From NCBI RefSeq assembly GCF_003334405.1, contig NZ_QOWM01000010.1: a stretch of DNA of 64,000 bases, one strand, 5' to 3'. The DNA comes from Escherichia coli (GTDB lineage Bacteria > Pseudomonadota > Gammaproteobacteria > Enterobacterales > Enterobacteriaceae). Both the position numbers and the translations under genes were made by a program. The notes below the pieces were generated by a model, which made no database searches, was not told the DNA's origin, and saw only the letters and a list, made by a program, of their open reading frames with translations. Positions 55,630 through 64,000 of the stretch are shown here, piece after piece. Position 1 is the stretch's first letter; each line of letters starts with the position of its first letter.

Positions 55630-55730
55630 TCAGAAACAATTTTCCCAAATTATAGAGACGGAGCTAAAGGCAGAAGTATGATATTTCGGGTGAGCCATTT
55701 TCGTAGCTCGCCCGTTAGCACTATCAGGTA

Positions 55731-56051
55731 TCAGGCGGCTTTCTTGAGGCAGGCACTCATAAACTTATTACGATCATCACCTTTCAGAGATTGTTGTGTT
55801 GCTTGATTATTGCATTCGCGCATCTTTTGCTGCTGTGGCGTCAAACTTTTTTCGCCAGGCGCAGACTTGCTGTTCTTCAGGCAATCACTCATGTAGGTCT
55901 TACGAGCATCCCCTTTCAACGCCTGCGCCGTCGCCTGCTGATTACAGGAGGTCATACGCTGTTGTTGTGGGGTTAAAGTTCTCTCGGCAGCGCCGACGGT
56001 GGTTAAAAAAACCAGACCGAAAAGCAAGGTAACCAGTAATGTTATTTTCAT
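55731..56051 (-). CDS. psiF: phosphate starvation-inducible protein PsiF (106 aa)
   Basis: ORF track 55731..56069 trimmed to ATG 56051 (MKITLLVTLLFGLVFL); repeated LTPQQQ...C motif. Confidence 0.88.
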   Translation of the reverse strand: MKITLLVTLLFGLVFLTTVGAAERTLTPQQQRMTSCNQQATAQALKGDARKTYMSDCLKNSKSAPGEKSLTPQQQKMRECNNQATQQSLKGDDRNKFMSACLKKAA

Positions 56052-56120
56052 AGCACCATCCCTCTTCATGTTTTAACCATGAGCGTATGCGCCCGTGATC
56101 TGCCATTAAGTCTGGTTGCT

Positions 56121-56163
56121 AACAGCAAAAAAACCACCCGGCAGCGAAAATTCACTGCCGGGC
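56121..56163 (-). terminator. hairpin terminator between phoA and psiF
   Basis: CCCGGCAG-CGAAAATTCA-CTGCCGGG followed by T-run on the minus strand; probably partial, since psiF is reported co-transcribed with phoA. Confidence 0.55.
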
Positions 56164-56169
56164 GCGGTT

Positions 56170-57585
56170 TTATTTCAGCCCCAGAGCGGCTTTCATGGTG
56201 TAGAAGAGATCGGTCTGGTCGGTCAGTCCAACAACATTGGCGGCATGCGGGCCATACGCCGCAATACGCAACTGACTGCCGGTATGTTCTTGTGAATCCT
56301 CTTCGGAGTTCCCGTAACTCATCACCATCACTGCGCCATCTTTGGTATTTAGCGCCTGGGTGAGGCCCGGAGCTTTGGTATCCGGCGCAACAATCTGGCT
56401 GGCGTGGGCGTGATCAGCGGTGACTATGACCAGCGTGTTACCCTCCTTTTTAGCGAATTCCAGCGCCCGTTGTACGGCTTCATCGAGATCGACCGTCTCG
56501 CCAATTTGCCCACAAGGATTCGCAGCATGATCCTGTTTATCGATTGACGCACCTTCAACTTGCAGGAAAAAGCCTTTCTCATTTTTACTCAACAATTCAA
56601 TGGCTTTGTCGGTCATCTGCGCCAGGGTTGGTACACTGTCATTACGTTGCGGATTTGGCGTACAGGTGACTGCGGGCTTATCGATATTGCCATGGTACGT
56701 TGCTTTCGGTCCTAGCCAGCGCACTGGCATATTGCCGTCAGCAAACAGGCCAAGCAGGGGTTTTTGCTGATTCGCTTCCGTCACCGAATTCAGTGAGGCA
56801 GCATCGCTCACCAACTGATAACCACGCGCCTGTGCCTGTTCACGCAGCGTTTTTCCCTGCCATTCACCAGCGGTTGCCGTTTCAGCAAAGGTTTTTGCGC
56901 CGCCGCCAAGCGTAACGTCGGCACGAGCGTTAAGCAGCTGTTCGGTAATCGATCCTTTTCCGCCTTTTTCCAGAGCGTTACCCGGACATTTTTCACTGGT
57001 CGCGCTCGGACCGTAGCATTTGCGCGAGGTCACATGTGCCACCAGCGCAGCGGGCGTGGCATCCTGCAACTCTGCGGTAGAAACGTTACCGGTCGCCAGA
57101 CCTGCGGCTTTTGCCATTTCCAGAATCGTTGGGTGATCTTTTTCGTGAATATCGACGCCCAGCGCGCCGTTATAGGTTTTGACACCGGTTGACCAGGCGG
57201 TTGCTGATGCAGCCGAGTCGGTGACGTAGTCCGGTTTGCCGGTTTTTTTATTCAGCGCATAGTGAGTGTATTGCCCGGTAAGCGGTAAGGCATCTATACC
57301 TTTAAAAAAGCCGCCCGCACCTTCGGCATAATTACGTGCGGCAGTAATTTCCGAGTCCCCCATCCCATCGCCAATCAGCAAAATAATATTTTTTGCAGGT
57401 TTATCGCTAAGAGAATCACGCAGAGCGGCAGTCTGATCACCCGTTAAACGGCGAGCACCGCCGGGTGCAGTAATATCGCCCTGAGCAGCCCGGTTTTCCA
57501 GAACAGGCATTTCTGGTGTCCGGGCTTTTGTCACAGGGGTAAACAGTAACGGTAAGAGTGCCAGTGCAATAGTGCTTTGTTTCAC
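56170..57585 (-). CDS. phoA: alkaline phosphatase (471 aa, GTG start)
   Basis: ORF track 56170..57654; known GTG start at 57583..57585 gives (M)[34 protein letters not shown]; active-site DSAAS motif. Confidence 0.95.
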   Translation of the reverse strand: MKQSTIALALLPLLFTPVTKARTPEMPVLENRAAQGDITAPGGARRLTGDQTAALRDSLSDKPAKNIILLIGDGMGDSEITAARNYAEGAGGFFKGIDALPLTGQYTHYALNKKTGKPDYVTDSAASATAWSTGVKTYNGALGVDIHEKDHPTILEMAKAAGLATGNVSTAELQDATPAALVAHVTSRKCYGPSATSEKCPGNALEKGGKGSITEQLLNARADVTLGGGAKTFAETATAGEWQGKTLREQAQARGYQLVSDAASLNSVTEANQQKPLLGLFADGNMPVRWLGPKATYHGNIDKPAVTCTPNPQRNDSVPTLAQMTDKAIELLSKNEKGFFLQVEGASIDKQDHAANPCGQIGETVDLDEAVQRALEFAKKEGNTLVIVTADHAHASQIVAPDTKAPGLTQALNTKDGAVMVMSYGNSEEDSQEHTGSQLRIAAYGPHAANVVGLTDQTDLFYTMKAALGLK

Positions 57586-57647
57586 TTTATTTTCTCCATG
57601 TACAAATACATTAAAAAATAAAAACAAAGCGACTATAAGTCTCGGCC

Positions 57648-57665
57648 GTGACAACTTTATGACAG
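57648..57665 (-). promoter_or_regulatory. Pho box of the phoA promoter
   Basis: Minus strand CTGTCATAAAGTTGTCAC about 60 nt upstream of the phoA start, with a TATAGT -10-like element downstream. Confidence 0.7.
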
Positions 57666-57685
57666 CTGTTGAAAAGATTAACTTT

Positions 57686-57946
57686 TTACTGACGAGGATG
57701 CTTCAATAACTTCTTTACGTAATCGCGCAGCAGCTCCGTATCGTCGTCAGGAATGCTGGCATCGGGCTTTACCTCGTACAGCGCCCCCTCTACCTGATCA
57801 ATCAACCGCTGTTGGTCATTTTGCGCCATATTGCGAAGCATTGCAGTGACGATAATCTCCAAAGCTTCTACCTGCGCACACAGTTCTTTCGACTCTTCTT
57901 CTTTTTGGGCAAGCTTAAATAACAACTCAGCAATGAGATTTTTCAT
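57686..57946 (-). CDS. iraP: anti-adapter protein IraP (RpoS stabiliser)
   Basis: ORF track 86 aa ([22 protein letters not shown]), coiled-coil. Confidence 0.92.
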
Positions 57947-58408
57947 GTCTGTATTTCCTTATCCAAAGTATGGAGAAGTTAACATTATGTTTCACAACTT
58001 CATAGTGTCTGGAAGTATTATTTTTATGACAAAGGAAATACTTTGCGCAAATATTTTTTGTTTGATTACCAGCGAAACGTTTCTCTTATTTAAATAATTA
58101 CCCACACAAAATATAGGCTTTTAATTATCAACCTTTATTATAAATAAAAGTTATGAAATATATTCTCTTCGTTAACTTATAATTAAGAGAAAAAAACTCA
58201 CCGCATGGCCATTTAAGCCAGGAATAAATTAGCTTCCCGTTCATCATTTTTGTGATCTTGCGCACATCTTTGAGATAACGCACTTTCTTCACCAGTACGT
58301 TGCACGCTTTGTCAGCAGAAGATTGCAACAATCTTTCAGAAGGCCGCGAATCCCCCGTTTTGTCGTGGTAATGTATGCACTTTGTGTTAGACGGGATAGG
58401 TTTTTAAG

Positions 58409-59503
58409 ATGGAAAAACTGCGGGTAGGAATCGTTTTTGGTGGTAAATCAGCGGAACATGAAGTGTCTCTGCAATCGGCAAAAAACATTGTCGATGCCAT
58501 TGATAAAAGTCGCTTCGACGTTGTGCTGCTGGGCATTGATAAACAAGGGCAATGGCACGTCAGCGATGCCAGCAATTATCTGCTAAATGCAGACGATCCT
58601 GCCCATATTGCGTTGCGCCCTTCGGCGACCAGCCTTGCGCAGGTGCCAGGTAAACATGAGCATCAGCTTATCGACGCGCAAAACGGTCAGCCGTTGCCGA
58701 CGGTGGATGTCATTTTCCCGATTGTCCACGGTACGCTGGGCGAAGATGGTTCCTTGCAGGGAATGCTGCGGGTCGCCAATTTACCGTTTGTAGGTTCTGA
58801 TGTTCTGGCTTCAGCAGCCTGTATGGACAAAGATGTCACCAAACGTCTGCTACGCGATGCCGGGCTGAACATTGCGCCATTTATTACCCTGACGCGCGCC
58901 AATCGTCACAACATTAGTTTTGCCGAAGTGGAGTCTAAACTGGGGTTACCACTGTTTGTAAAACCGGCTAATCAGGGCTCTTCTGTTGGTGTCAGCAAAG
59001 TAACCAGTGAAGAACAGTACGCAATTGCCGTCGATCTGGCGTTCGAGTTCGATCATAAAGTGATCGTTGAGCAAGGGATCAAAGGTCGTGAGATCGAATG
59101 CGCAGTTCTGGGCAACGACAATCCGCAAGCCAGCACCTGTGGAGAGATCGTACTCACCAGCGATTTCTATGCCTACGACACCAAGTACATTGACGAAGAT
59201 GGCGCGAAAGTGGTAGTTCCGGCAGCCATTGCGCCAGAAATCAACGATAAGATCCGGGCGATTGCCGTTCAGGCTTATCAAACGTTGGGATGCGCAGGCA
59301 TGGCGCGTGTAGACGTGTTTTTAACCCCAGAGAACGAAGTGGTGATCAACGAGATCAACACCCTGCCTGGCTTCACTAATATCAGTATGTATCCGAAGCT
59401 GTGGCAAGCCAGCGGTCTGGGTTACACCGATCTGATCACACGTTTGATTGAACTGGCGCTGGAGCGTCACGCTGCGGATAACGCATTGAAAACCACAATG
59501 TAA
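58409..59503 (+). CDS. ddlA: D-alanine--D-alanine ligase A
   Basis: ORF track 364 aa, ATP-grasp fold, recognised as DdlA. Confidence 0.96.
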   Translation: MEKLRVGIVFGGKSAEHEVSLQSAKNIVDAIDKSRFDVVLLGIDKQGQWHVSDASNYLLNADDPAHIALRPSATSLAQVPGKHEHQLIDAQNGQPLPTVDVIFPIVHGTLGEDGSLQGMLRVANLPFVGSDVLASAACMDKDVTKRLLRDAGLNIAPFITLTRANRHNISFAEVESKLGLPLFVKPANQGSSVGVSKVTSEEQYAIAVDLAFEFDHKVIVEQGIKGREIECAVLGNDNPQASTCGEIVLTSDFYAYDTKYIDEDGAKVVVPAAIAPEINDKIRAIAVQAYQTLGCAGMARVDVFLTPENEVVINEINTLPGFTNISMYPKLWQASGLGYTDLITRLIELALERHAADNALKTTM

Positions 59504-59511
59504 TATTTTAA

Positions 59512-59540
59512 CGCCCGATAATATTCTTATTGGGCGTTTT
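59512..59540 (+). terminator. intrinsic terminator after ddlA
   Basis: CGCCCGATAA-loop-TTATTGGGCG (one mismatch) followed by TTTT; overlaps the 3' end of convergent yaiZ. Confidence 0.45.
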
Positions 59541-59739
59541 CAGTTTCTTCATCGCGACGACGAATAATCAACCCCGCCAGCCAGAAACTAATCACCCACG
59601 TCACCAGACCGACGGCATAGGTCTGCCAACCTTTTGCTTCAAATCCCAGTAACCCCACCACGCCATTAAGAATGAATATAAGGCCAATGGCGAACGCATA
59701 GTAGTGCCAGTCACGGCGGGTTTTTACAGGCAGATTCAT
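59527..59739 (-). CDS. yaiZ: small membrane protein YaiZ (70 aa)
   Basis: ORF track 59527..59871 trimmed to ATG 59739 (MNLPVKTRRDWHYYAFAIGL), two predicted TM helices. Confidence 0.8.
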   Translation of the reverse strand: MNLPVKTRRDWHYYAFAIGLIFILNGVVGLLGFEAKGWQTYAVGLVTWVISFWLAGLIIRRRDEETENAQ

Positions 59740-59998
59740 GGCAGCTCCGTTAACGAAAAACAACATCCTTGCATATTCTGCAACAACCGTCTGTGGTGTA
59801 GACAACATTTTCGTAATTGTTAATAAATTTAACTTAAGGTTGCCATTTTGTGACTCACAACGAAGATTCACGCTTCGGGAATATTCCCAACATCAATTTA
59901 CCATGATTCTGATATTGACAATCTAAATGACCTGTCAGACTTGCCATAAGCCGCTGGTATCACACCAGAAGAGAAGCAGATGACTTCCGGAGGTTTTT

Positions 59999-60307
59999 AT
60001 GGCTGATTTCACCCTGTCAAAATCGCTGTTTAGCGGAAAATATCGCAATGCCTCTTCAACGCCTGGCAACATTGCCTATGCGTTGTTTGTGCTGTTTTGC
60101 TTTTGGGCTGGGGCGCAATTGCTGAACCTGTTAGTGCATGCGCCCGGCGTCTATGAGCGTTTAATGCAGGTCCAGGAAACAGGTCGCCCACGGGTGGAAA
60201 TTGGTTTAGGTGTCGGCACCATTTTCGGGCTGATCCCGTTTTTAGTAGGCTGCCTCATTTTTGCAGTGGTGGCGCTATGGCTGCACTGGCGACATCGCCG
60301 CCAGTAA
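59999..60307 (+). CDS. yaiY: inner membrane protein YaiY (102 aa)
   Basis: ORF track 102 aa ([17 protein letters not shown]), hydrophobic. Confidence 0.88.
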
Positions 60308-60365
60308 GTTTTACATTGTCAGATGCGGCCTGAAACGCCTTATCTGGCCTGACATTCCTGTTTGA

Positions 60366-61460
60366 TCACTGTTTCATACAACGCGCCCGCCGTTCGTCTA
60401 CGCGCTTCGCAAACCAGGCCGTAGTCAGGTTGCGGGTGATTTTCGGGCTTTCCAGTTGAATGCCAGGCAACATTTCGCGGGGGAGTGATTTACCCGTTTT
60501 CGTTTCGGCAAGTTGATAAACTTTCTTGTACAGCGCCGTCTCCTCAAAAGAGAAGCTGTCACCTTTCTCTAACTGACGGCGAATTTCGCTGTCGCTCATC
60601 CCCAGTTTTGCAGCCAGTTTGCGCGTTGCCAGTTCGGTTTTCCCGGGTTCTTTACTGTCGTAACGAATTAAATCACCGTCCAGTGCCAGCTTCACGCCGC
60701 TGGCCTTACTGACCGCGTTCTGAAACGCGGCATTACGGCTGGCGTACCAGCCAGCGTTAAAATCAGCAAAACGGTATATCGGTGCGCTATAACTGGCGGG
60801 ATAATTCAGTAAATGGTAAGTACCAAACCACAACCCGCCGCGGCGACTGAAGACTTCCTGACGGACTGTACCGTCCATTTTCCACGGGTACCCTTTGGTA
60901 TGCTGTTCGGCAAAAGCAATGCTGACCTGCATCGGCCCACCGGTGCGCACCGGATTGAGCGAACCAAACAGCGTCTGCCCCATTGGCACCATGTTGATCA
61001 GATCGTCAAAAATCGCGCTCAATTGCTTTTCTGTACGCACCGAATCTAACCGTTCGCTATAACTTTTGCCGTTTGGCGATTTGATTTTTAGCGCGGTATG
61101 AACCAGAAAAGCAGGAATGTGCATCCGTTCAGCACGACGGTCAATCTCTTGCCAGGCGATCTTGCTTAAGCCCGGAACGGCCGGATCTGCCTGATAATTT
61201 GACTCCTGCTGCGCCACCGCCAGCACCGAGCAGACGTTTTCCAGCGTCGGTGCCAGCCCCTGACTTTCAAAGGTGGTGGCGAGATCTTTCGCCCAGGCAT
61301 CGCGGTCTTTCACGCTCGCAGGCATCTTCTGCCGCACGACGCTCGCTACATCTATCGCTTTTTCGCCCTTTTTCAACGGTTGCGGAGCCTGACTACTACA
61401 CCCCGCTAAAACCAGAACCGCCAACAATGACAGCGAAGATAGAGGATTGACGCGCGACAT
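60366..61460 (-). CDS. yaiW: lipoprotein YaiW
   Basis: ORF track 364 aa; signal peptide with lipobox LAGC; 12 nt downstream of sbmA. Confidence 0.92.
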   Translation of the reverse strand: MSRVNPLSSLSLLAVLVLAGCSSQAPQPLKKGEKAIDVASVVRQKMPASVKDRDAWAKDLATTFESQGLAPTLENVCSVLAVAQQESNYQADPAVPGLSKIAWQEIDRRAERMHIPAFLVHTALKIKSPNGKSYSERLDSVRTEKQLSAIFDDLINMVPMGQTLFGSLNPVRTGGPMQVSIAFAEQHTKGYPWKMDGTVRQEVFSRRGGLWFGTYHLLNYPASYSAPIYRFADFNAGWYASRNAAFQNAVSKASGVKLALDGDLIRYDSKEPGKTELATRKLAAKLGMSDSEIRRQLEKGDSFSFEETALYKKVYQLAETKTGKSLPREMLPGIQLESPKITRNLTTAWFAKRVDERRARCMKQ

Positions 61461-61472
61461 TACTTCTCCTTT

Positions 61473-62693
61473 TTAGCTCAAGGTATGGGTTACTTCCTGA
61501 ATTTTGTCACCATCCAGCTCATGTTCAAAGCTGCGCAGACGTTTGTAGATAGACATCAACTCAACCAGTGTGGTCCATGAGTTAATCAGGTACTGGAAAG
61601 CACCGCGAACCTGACCAAAAACGTTGGTAATCTGCGTCATCAGGCCGAGCGTAATCGTACCGGCAACAATTGACGGAAACAGCAAGAACAAACCGAAAAC
61701 GTTATCGACCTGCAAATAGAGAATGCGGGCGATGTTGAAATACATATAGTGAAAATAGAGGCGGAAATAGTTTTTCCGTACGGCGCTAAACAGCTCGCGT
61801 ACCGTAGGCGGCGTCGCGCGCGTGGCATCGTCTTCACCATAAACCAGCTCTTTACGGTAGGCAGCCTCTACACGCTGGTTTTTAAACTCCAGCCCCGGCA
61901 GTTTGATCCCTACCACTGCCAGCAATCCGGTCCCCATCAGCGACCAGACGATTGCGGCAATCACCAGACCATACGGAATGTGCCCGATAATCGGCAGCTC
62001 CGGCACATGCGCGGAGAGCGTTACCAGCACCGGCAGGAAGGCGATCAACGTCATGATGGCGTTGATAAAACTGACGCCCATATTCTCCAGCGTTGAAGCA
62101 AAACGCATGGTGTCTTCCTGCACACGCTGTGCGGCCCCTTCGATATGACGCAGTTGTTGCCAGTTCGCCATGTAATATTCGTTCATCGCTGTACGCCAGC
62201 GGAACACGTAGTGACTGACAAAGAAGTTGTTCAGCACACTGATCACCACAGCGATCAGCGCAATCCCCAGAAAGACGCCCACTTCGCGGTAAAATTGTTC
62301 GATGGTGACTTTATGCGGCGAACTTAGCGCGGTTTGAATCAGATCATAGAACGGCGCATACCAGGCGTTGACGGCGACCCCGACTTCCACCAAAAACCAG
62401 GTGACGAAGATGATCAGTGCAGTACCGAGTATTGACCAGTATTGCCAACGATGCGGGCTGTAGATAAACCAGAACAATGCAAAAAGTCCTACGCAAACAA
62501 TGTAGTAAGCGTAAAAAATCAGGAAATCCAACGACCAGAAACGCGCGGCGCTAATCGGGATCTGCCCGGAAGCGCCGGTGATACGCGCCACCCAGTCACC
62601 CCCACCGGCTTGCCAGAAGATAACGGCAATCAATGCCCAAACGAAGGCCGAGAGAAAAAACGTTCCCGGCTTTGGGAAAAAAGACTTAAACAT
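61473..62693 (-). CDS. sbmA: peptide antibiotic transporter SbmA (406 aa)
   Basis: ORF track 61473..62699 begins MHMFKSFF; start placed at the second ATG to give [17 protein letters not shown]. Confidence 0.93.
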   Translation of the reverse strand: MFKSFFPKPGTFFLSAFVWALIAVIFWQAGGGDWVARITGASGQIPISAARFWSLDFLIFYAYYIVCVGLFALFWFIYSPHRWQYWSILGTALIIFVTWFLVEVGVAVNAWYAPFYDLIQTALSSPHKVTIEQFYREVGVFLGIALIAVVISVLNNFFVSHYVFRWRTAMNEYYMANWQQLRHIEGAAQRVQEDTMRFASTLENMGVSFINAIMTLIAFLPVLVTLSAHVPELPIIGHIPYGLVIAAIVWSLMGTGLLAVVGIKLPGLEFKNQRVEAAYRKELVYGEDDATRATPPTVRELFSAVRKNYFRLYFHYMYFNIARILYLQVDNVFGLFLLFPSIVAGTITLGLMTQITNVFGQVRGAFQYLINSWTTLVELMSIYKRLRSFEHELDGDKIQEVTHTLS

Positions 62694-63044
62694 ATGCACT
62701 CCTGCTAACTTCTTATCGTTTTAACAACTGCTGTGTATTAACCGCATGACCGCTACAAAGCGTCAGCCAAATGAAACCGCCCATTGTGACCCATAGCAAG
62801 GCGCTTAGTTCGCCAGCCTGACCATAAGAATTGTTTCGACGGATTTCACAAACCAAAGATTGTTTACATAAGCGGATTAACACGCGCAGGATCACAAATG
62901 CAGGCATTGGTGAGCAGGAAAAAGATCGTGTTTACGCGCCGTTACGTTTTTAACACTATTATTGCACTAATTCGCCCTTTGCAATCTATCAATGAGTAGT
63001 ATAAATACGCTCAGTTACCTTCATTCAATCTATGGACACCACCG

Positions 63045-64000
63045 TTGAAACGTAGTCTGCTTTTTTCTGCCGTGCTGTGTGCGGCGTCATTGACCTCCGT
63101 CCATGCGGCGCAGCCGATCACTGAACCGGAGTTTGCCTCTGATATTGTCGATCGTTATGCCGATCATATTTTTTACGGCAGCGGTGCCACGGGGATGGCT
63201 CTGGTTGTTATCGACGGTAACCAGCGCGTCTTTCGCAGTTATGGCGAAACGCGACCTGGTAATAACGTTCGCCCGCAGCTGGATTCGGTCGTGCGTATTG
63301 CTTCCCTCACCAAGCTAATGACCAGTGAGATGCTGGTGAAATTGCTCGACCAGGGGACCGTGAAGTTAAACGATCCGCTAAGTAAATATGCTCCGCCAGG
63401 CGCACGCGTGCCAACCTACAATGGGACGCCCATTACGCTGGTCAATCTGGCAACCCATACCAGCGCCCTGCCCCGTGAACAGCCCGGTGGCGCGGCACAT
63501 CGTCCGGTGTTTGTCTGGCCAACGCGCGAGCAACGCTGGAAATACCTTTCTACGGCGAAGCTGAAAGCCGCGCCAGGCAGTCAGGCGGCGTACTCTAACC
63601 TTGCGTTCGACCTGCTGGCAGATGCACTGGCGAATGCGTCCGGCAAGCCTTATACCCAGTTGTTTGAAGAGCAGATTACCCGTCCATTGGGGATGAAAGA
63701 CACCACCTACACCCCCTCACCGGATCAGTGCCGCCGTTTAATGGTTGCTGAGCGCGGTGCCAGTCCGTGCAATAACACGCTGGCGGCAATTGGCAGCGGC
63801 GGCGTCTATTCCACGCCTGGCGATATGATGCGCTGGATGCAGCAGTATTTGTCATCTGATTTTTATCAGCGCAGTAACCAGGCAGATCGCATGCAGACGT
63901 TGATTTATCAGCGCGCGCAGTTTACGAAAGTGATTGGCATGGATGTCCCCGGCAAAGCGGATGCGCTTGGTTTAGGTTGGGTATATATGGCCCCGAAAGA
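63045..64000 (+). CDS. ampH: penicillin-binding protein AmpH (beta-lactamase-like), 5' part; probable TTG start
   Basis: Hand translation from 63045 gives (L/M)KRSLLFSAVLCAASLTSVHAAQPITEPEF... with SxxK motif SLTK; frame open to window end, so absent from ORF track; first codon is TTG with no in-frame ATG before the upstream stop. Confidence 0.85.
   Translation, partial: MKRSLLFSAVLCAASLTSVHAAQPITEPEFASDIVDRYADHIFYGSGATGMALVVIDGNQRVFRSYGETRPGNNVRPQLDSVVRIASLTKLMTSEMLVKLLDQGTVKLNDPLSKYAPPGARVPTYNGTPITLVNLATHTSALPREQPGGAAHRPVFVWPTREQRWKYLSTAKLKAAPGSQAAYSNLAFDLLADALANASGKPYTQLFEEQITRPLGMKDTTYTPSPDQCRRLMVAERGASPCNNTLAAIGSGGVYSTPGDMMRWMQQYLSSDFYQRSNQADRMQTLIYQRAQFTKVIGMDVPGKADALGLGWVYMAPK

Overview
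This window reads as the reverse complement of a well-characterised Escherichia coli K-12-type chromosomal core segment (from memory roughly MG1655 394.5-458.6 kb; not verified by alignment). It runs from the 5' end of lon (partial, window start) through clpX-clpP-tig, bolA, yajG-ampG, cyoABCDE, yajR, yajQ, panE-yajL, thiI, xseB-ispA-dxs, yajO, pgpA-thiL-nusB-ribE-ribD-nrdR, yajI, tsx, yajD, secF-secD-yajC-tgt-queA, acpH, malZ, proY, brnQ, phoR-phoB, sbcD-sbcC, araJ, mak, rdgC, a ykiA-like remnant, ppnP, aroM-yaiA-aroL, yaiI, proC, dgcC(adrA), psiF-phoA, iraP, ddlA, yaiZ, yaiY, yaiW, sbmA to the 5' part of ampH (partial, window end). I call 62 intact or partial protein genes plus one probable pseudogene remnant. 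Every gene length matches the product length I recall for K-12, and intergenic spacings fit, so I see no insertion. No rRNA, tRNA, IS element, prophage or CRISPR array is visible. Non-coding content consists of REP/BIME palindromic repeats, one ERIC/IRU element (dxs-yajO), intrinsic terminators, two Pho boxes (phoB, phoA), a sigma-32 type lon promoter and TyrR/TrpR operator-like sites upstream of aroL. Honest conclusion: I do not find evidence for a previously undescribed system here; the region is ordinary, densely annotated core genome. The items most worth a second look are minor: the ERIC element that supplies the yajO ribosome-binding site, an AT-rich start-less ORF remnant between rdgC and ppnP, a tandem BIME cluster, and a few candidate operator repeats.
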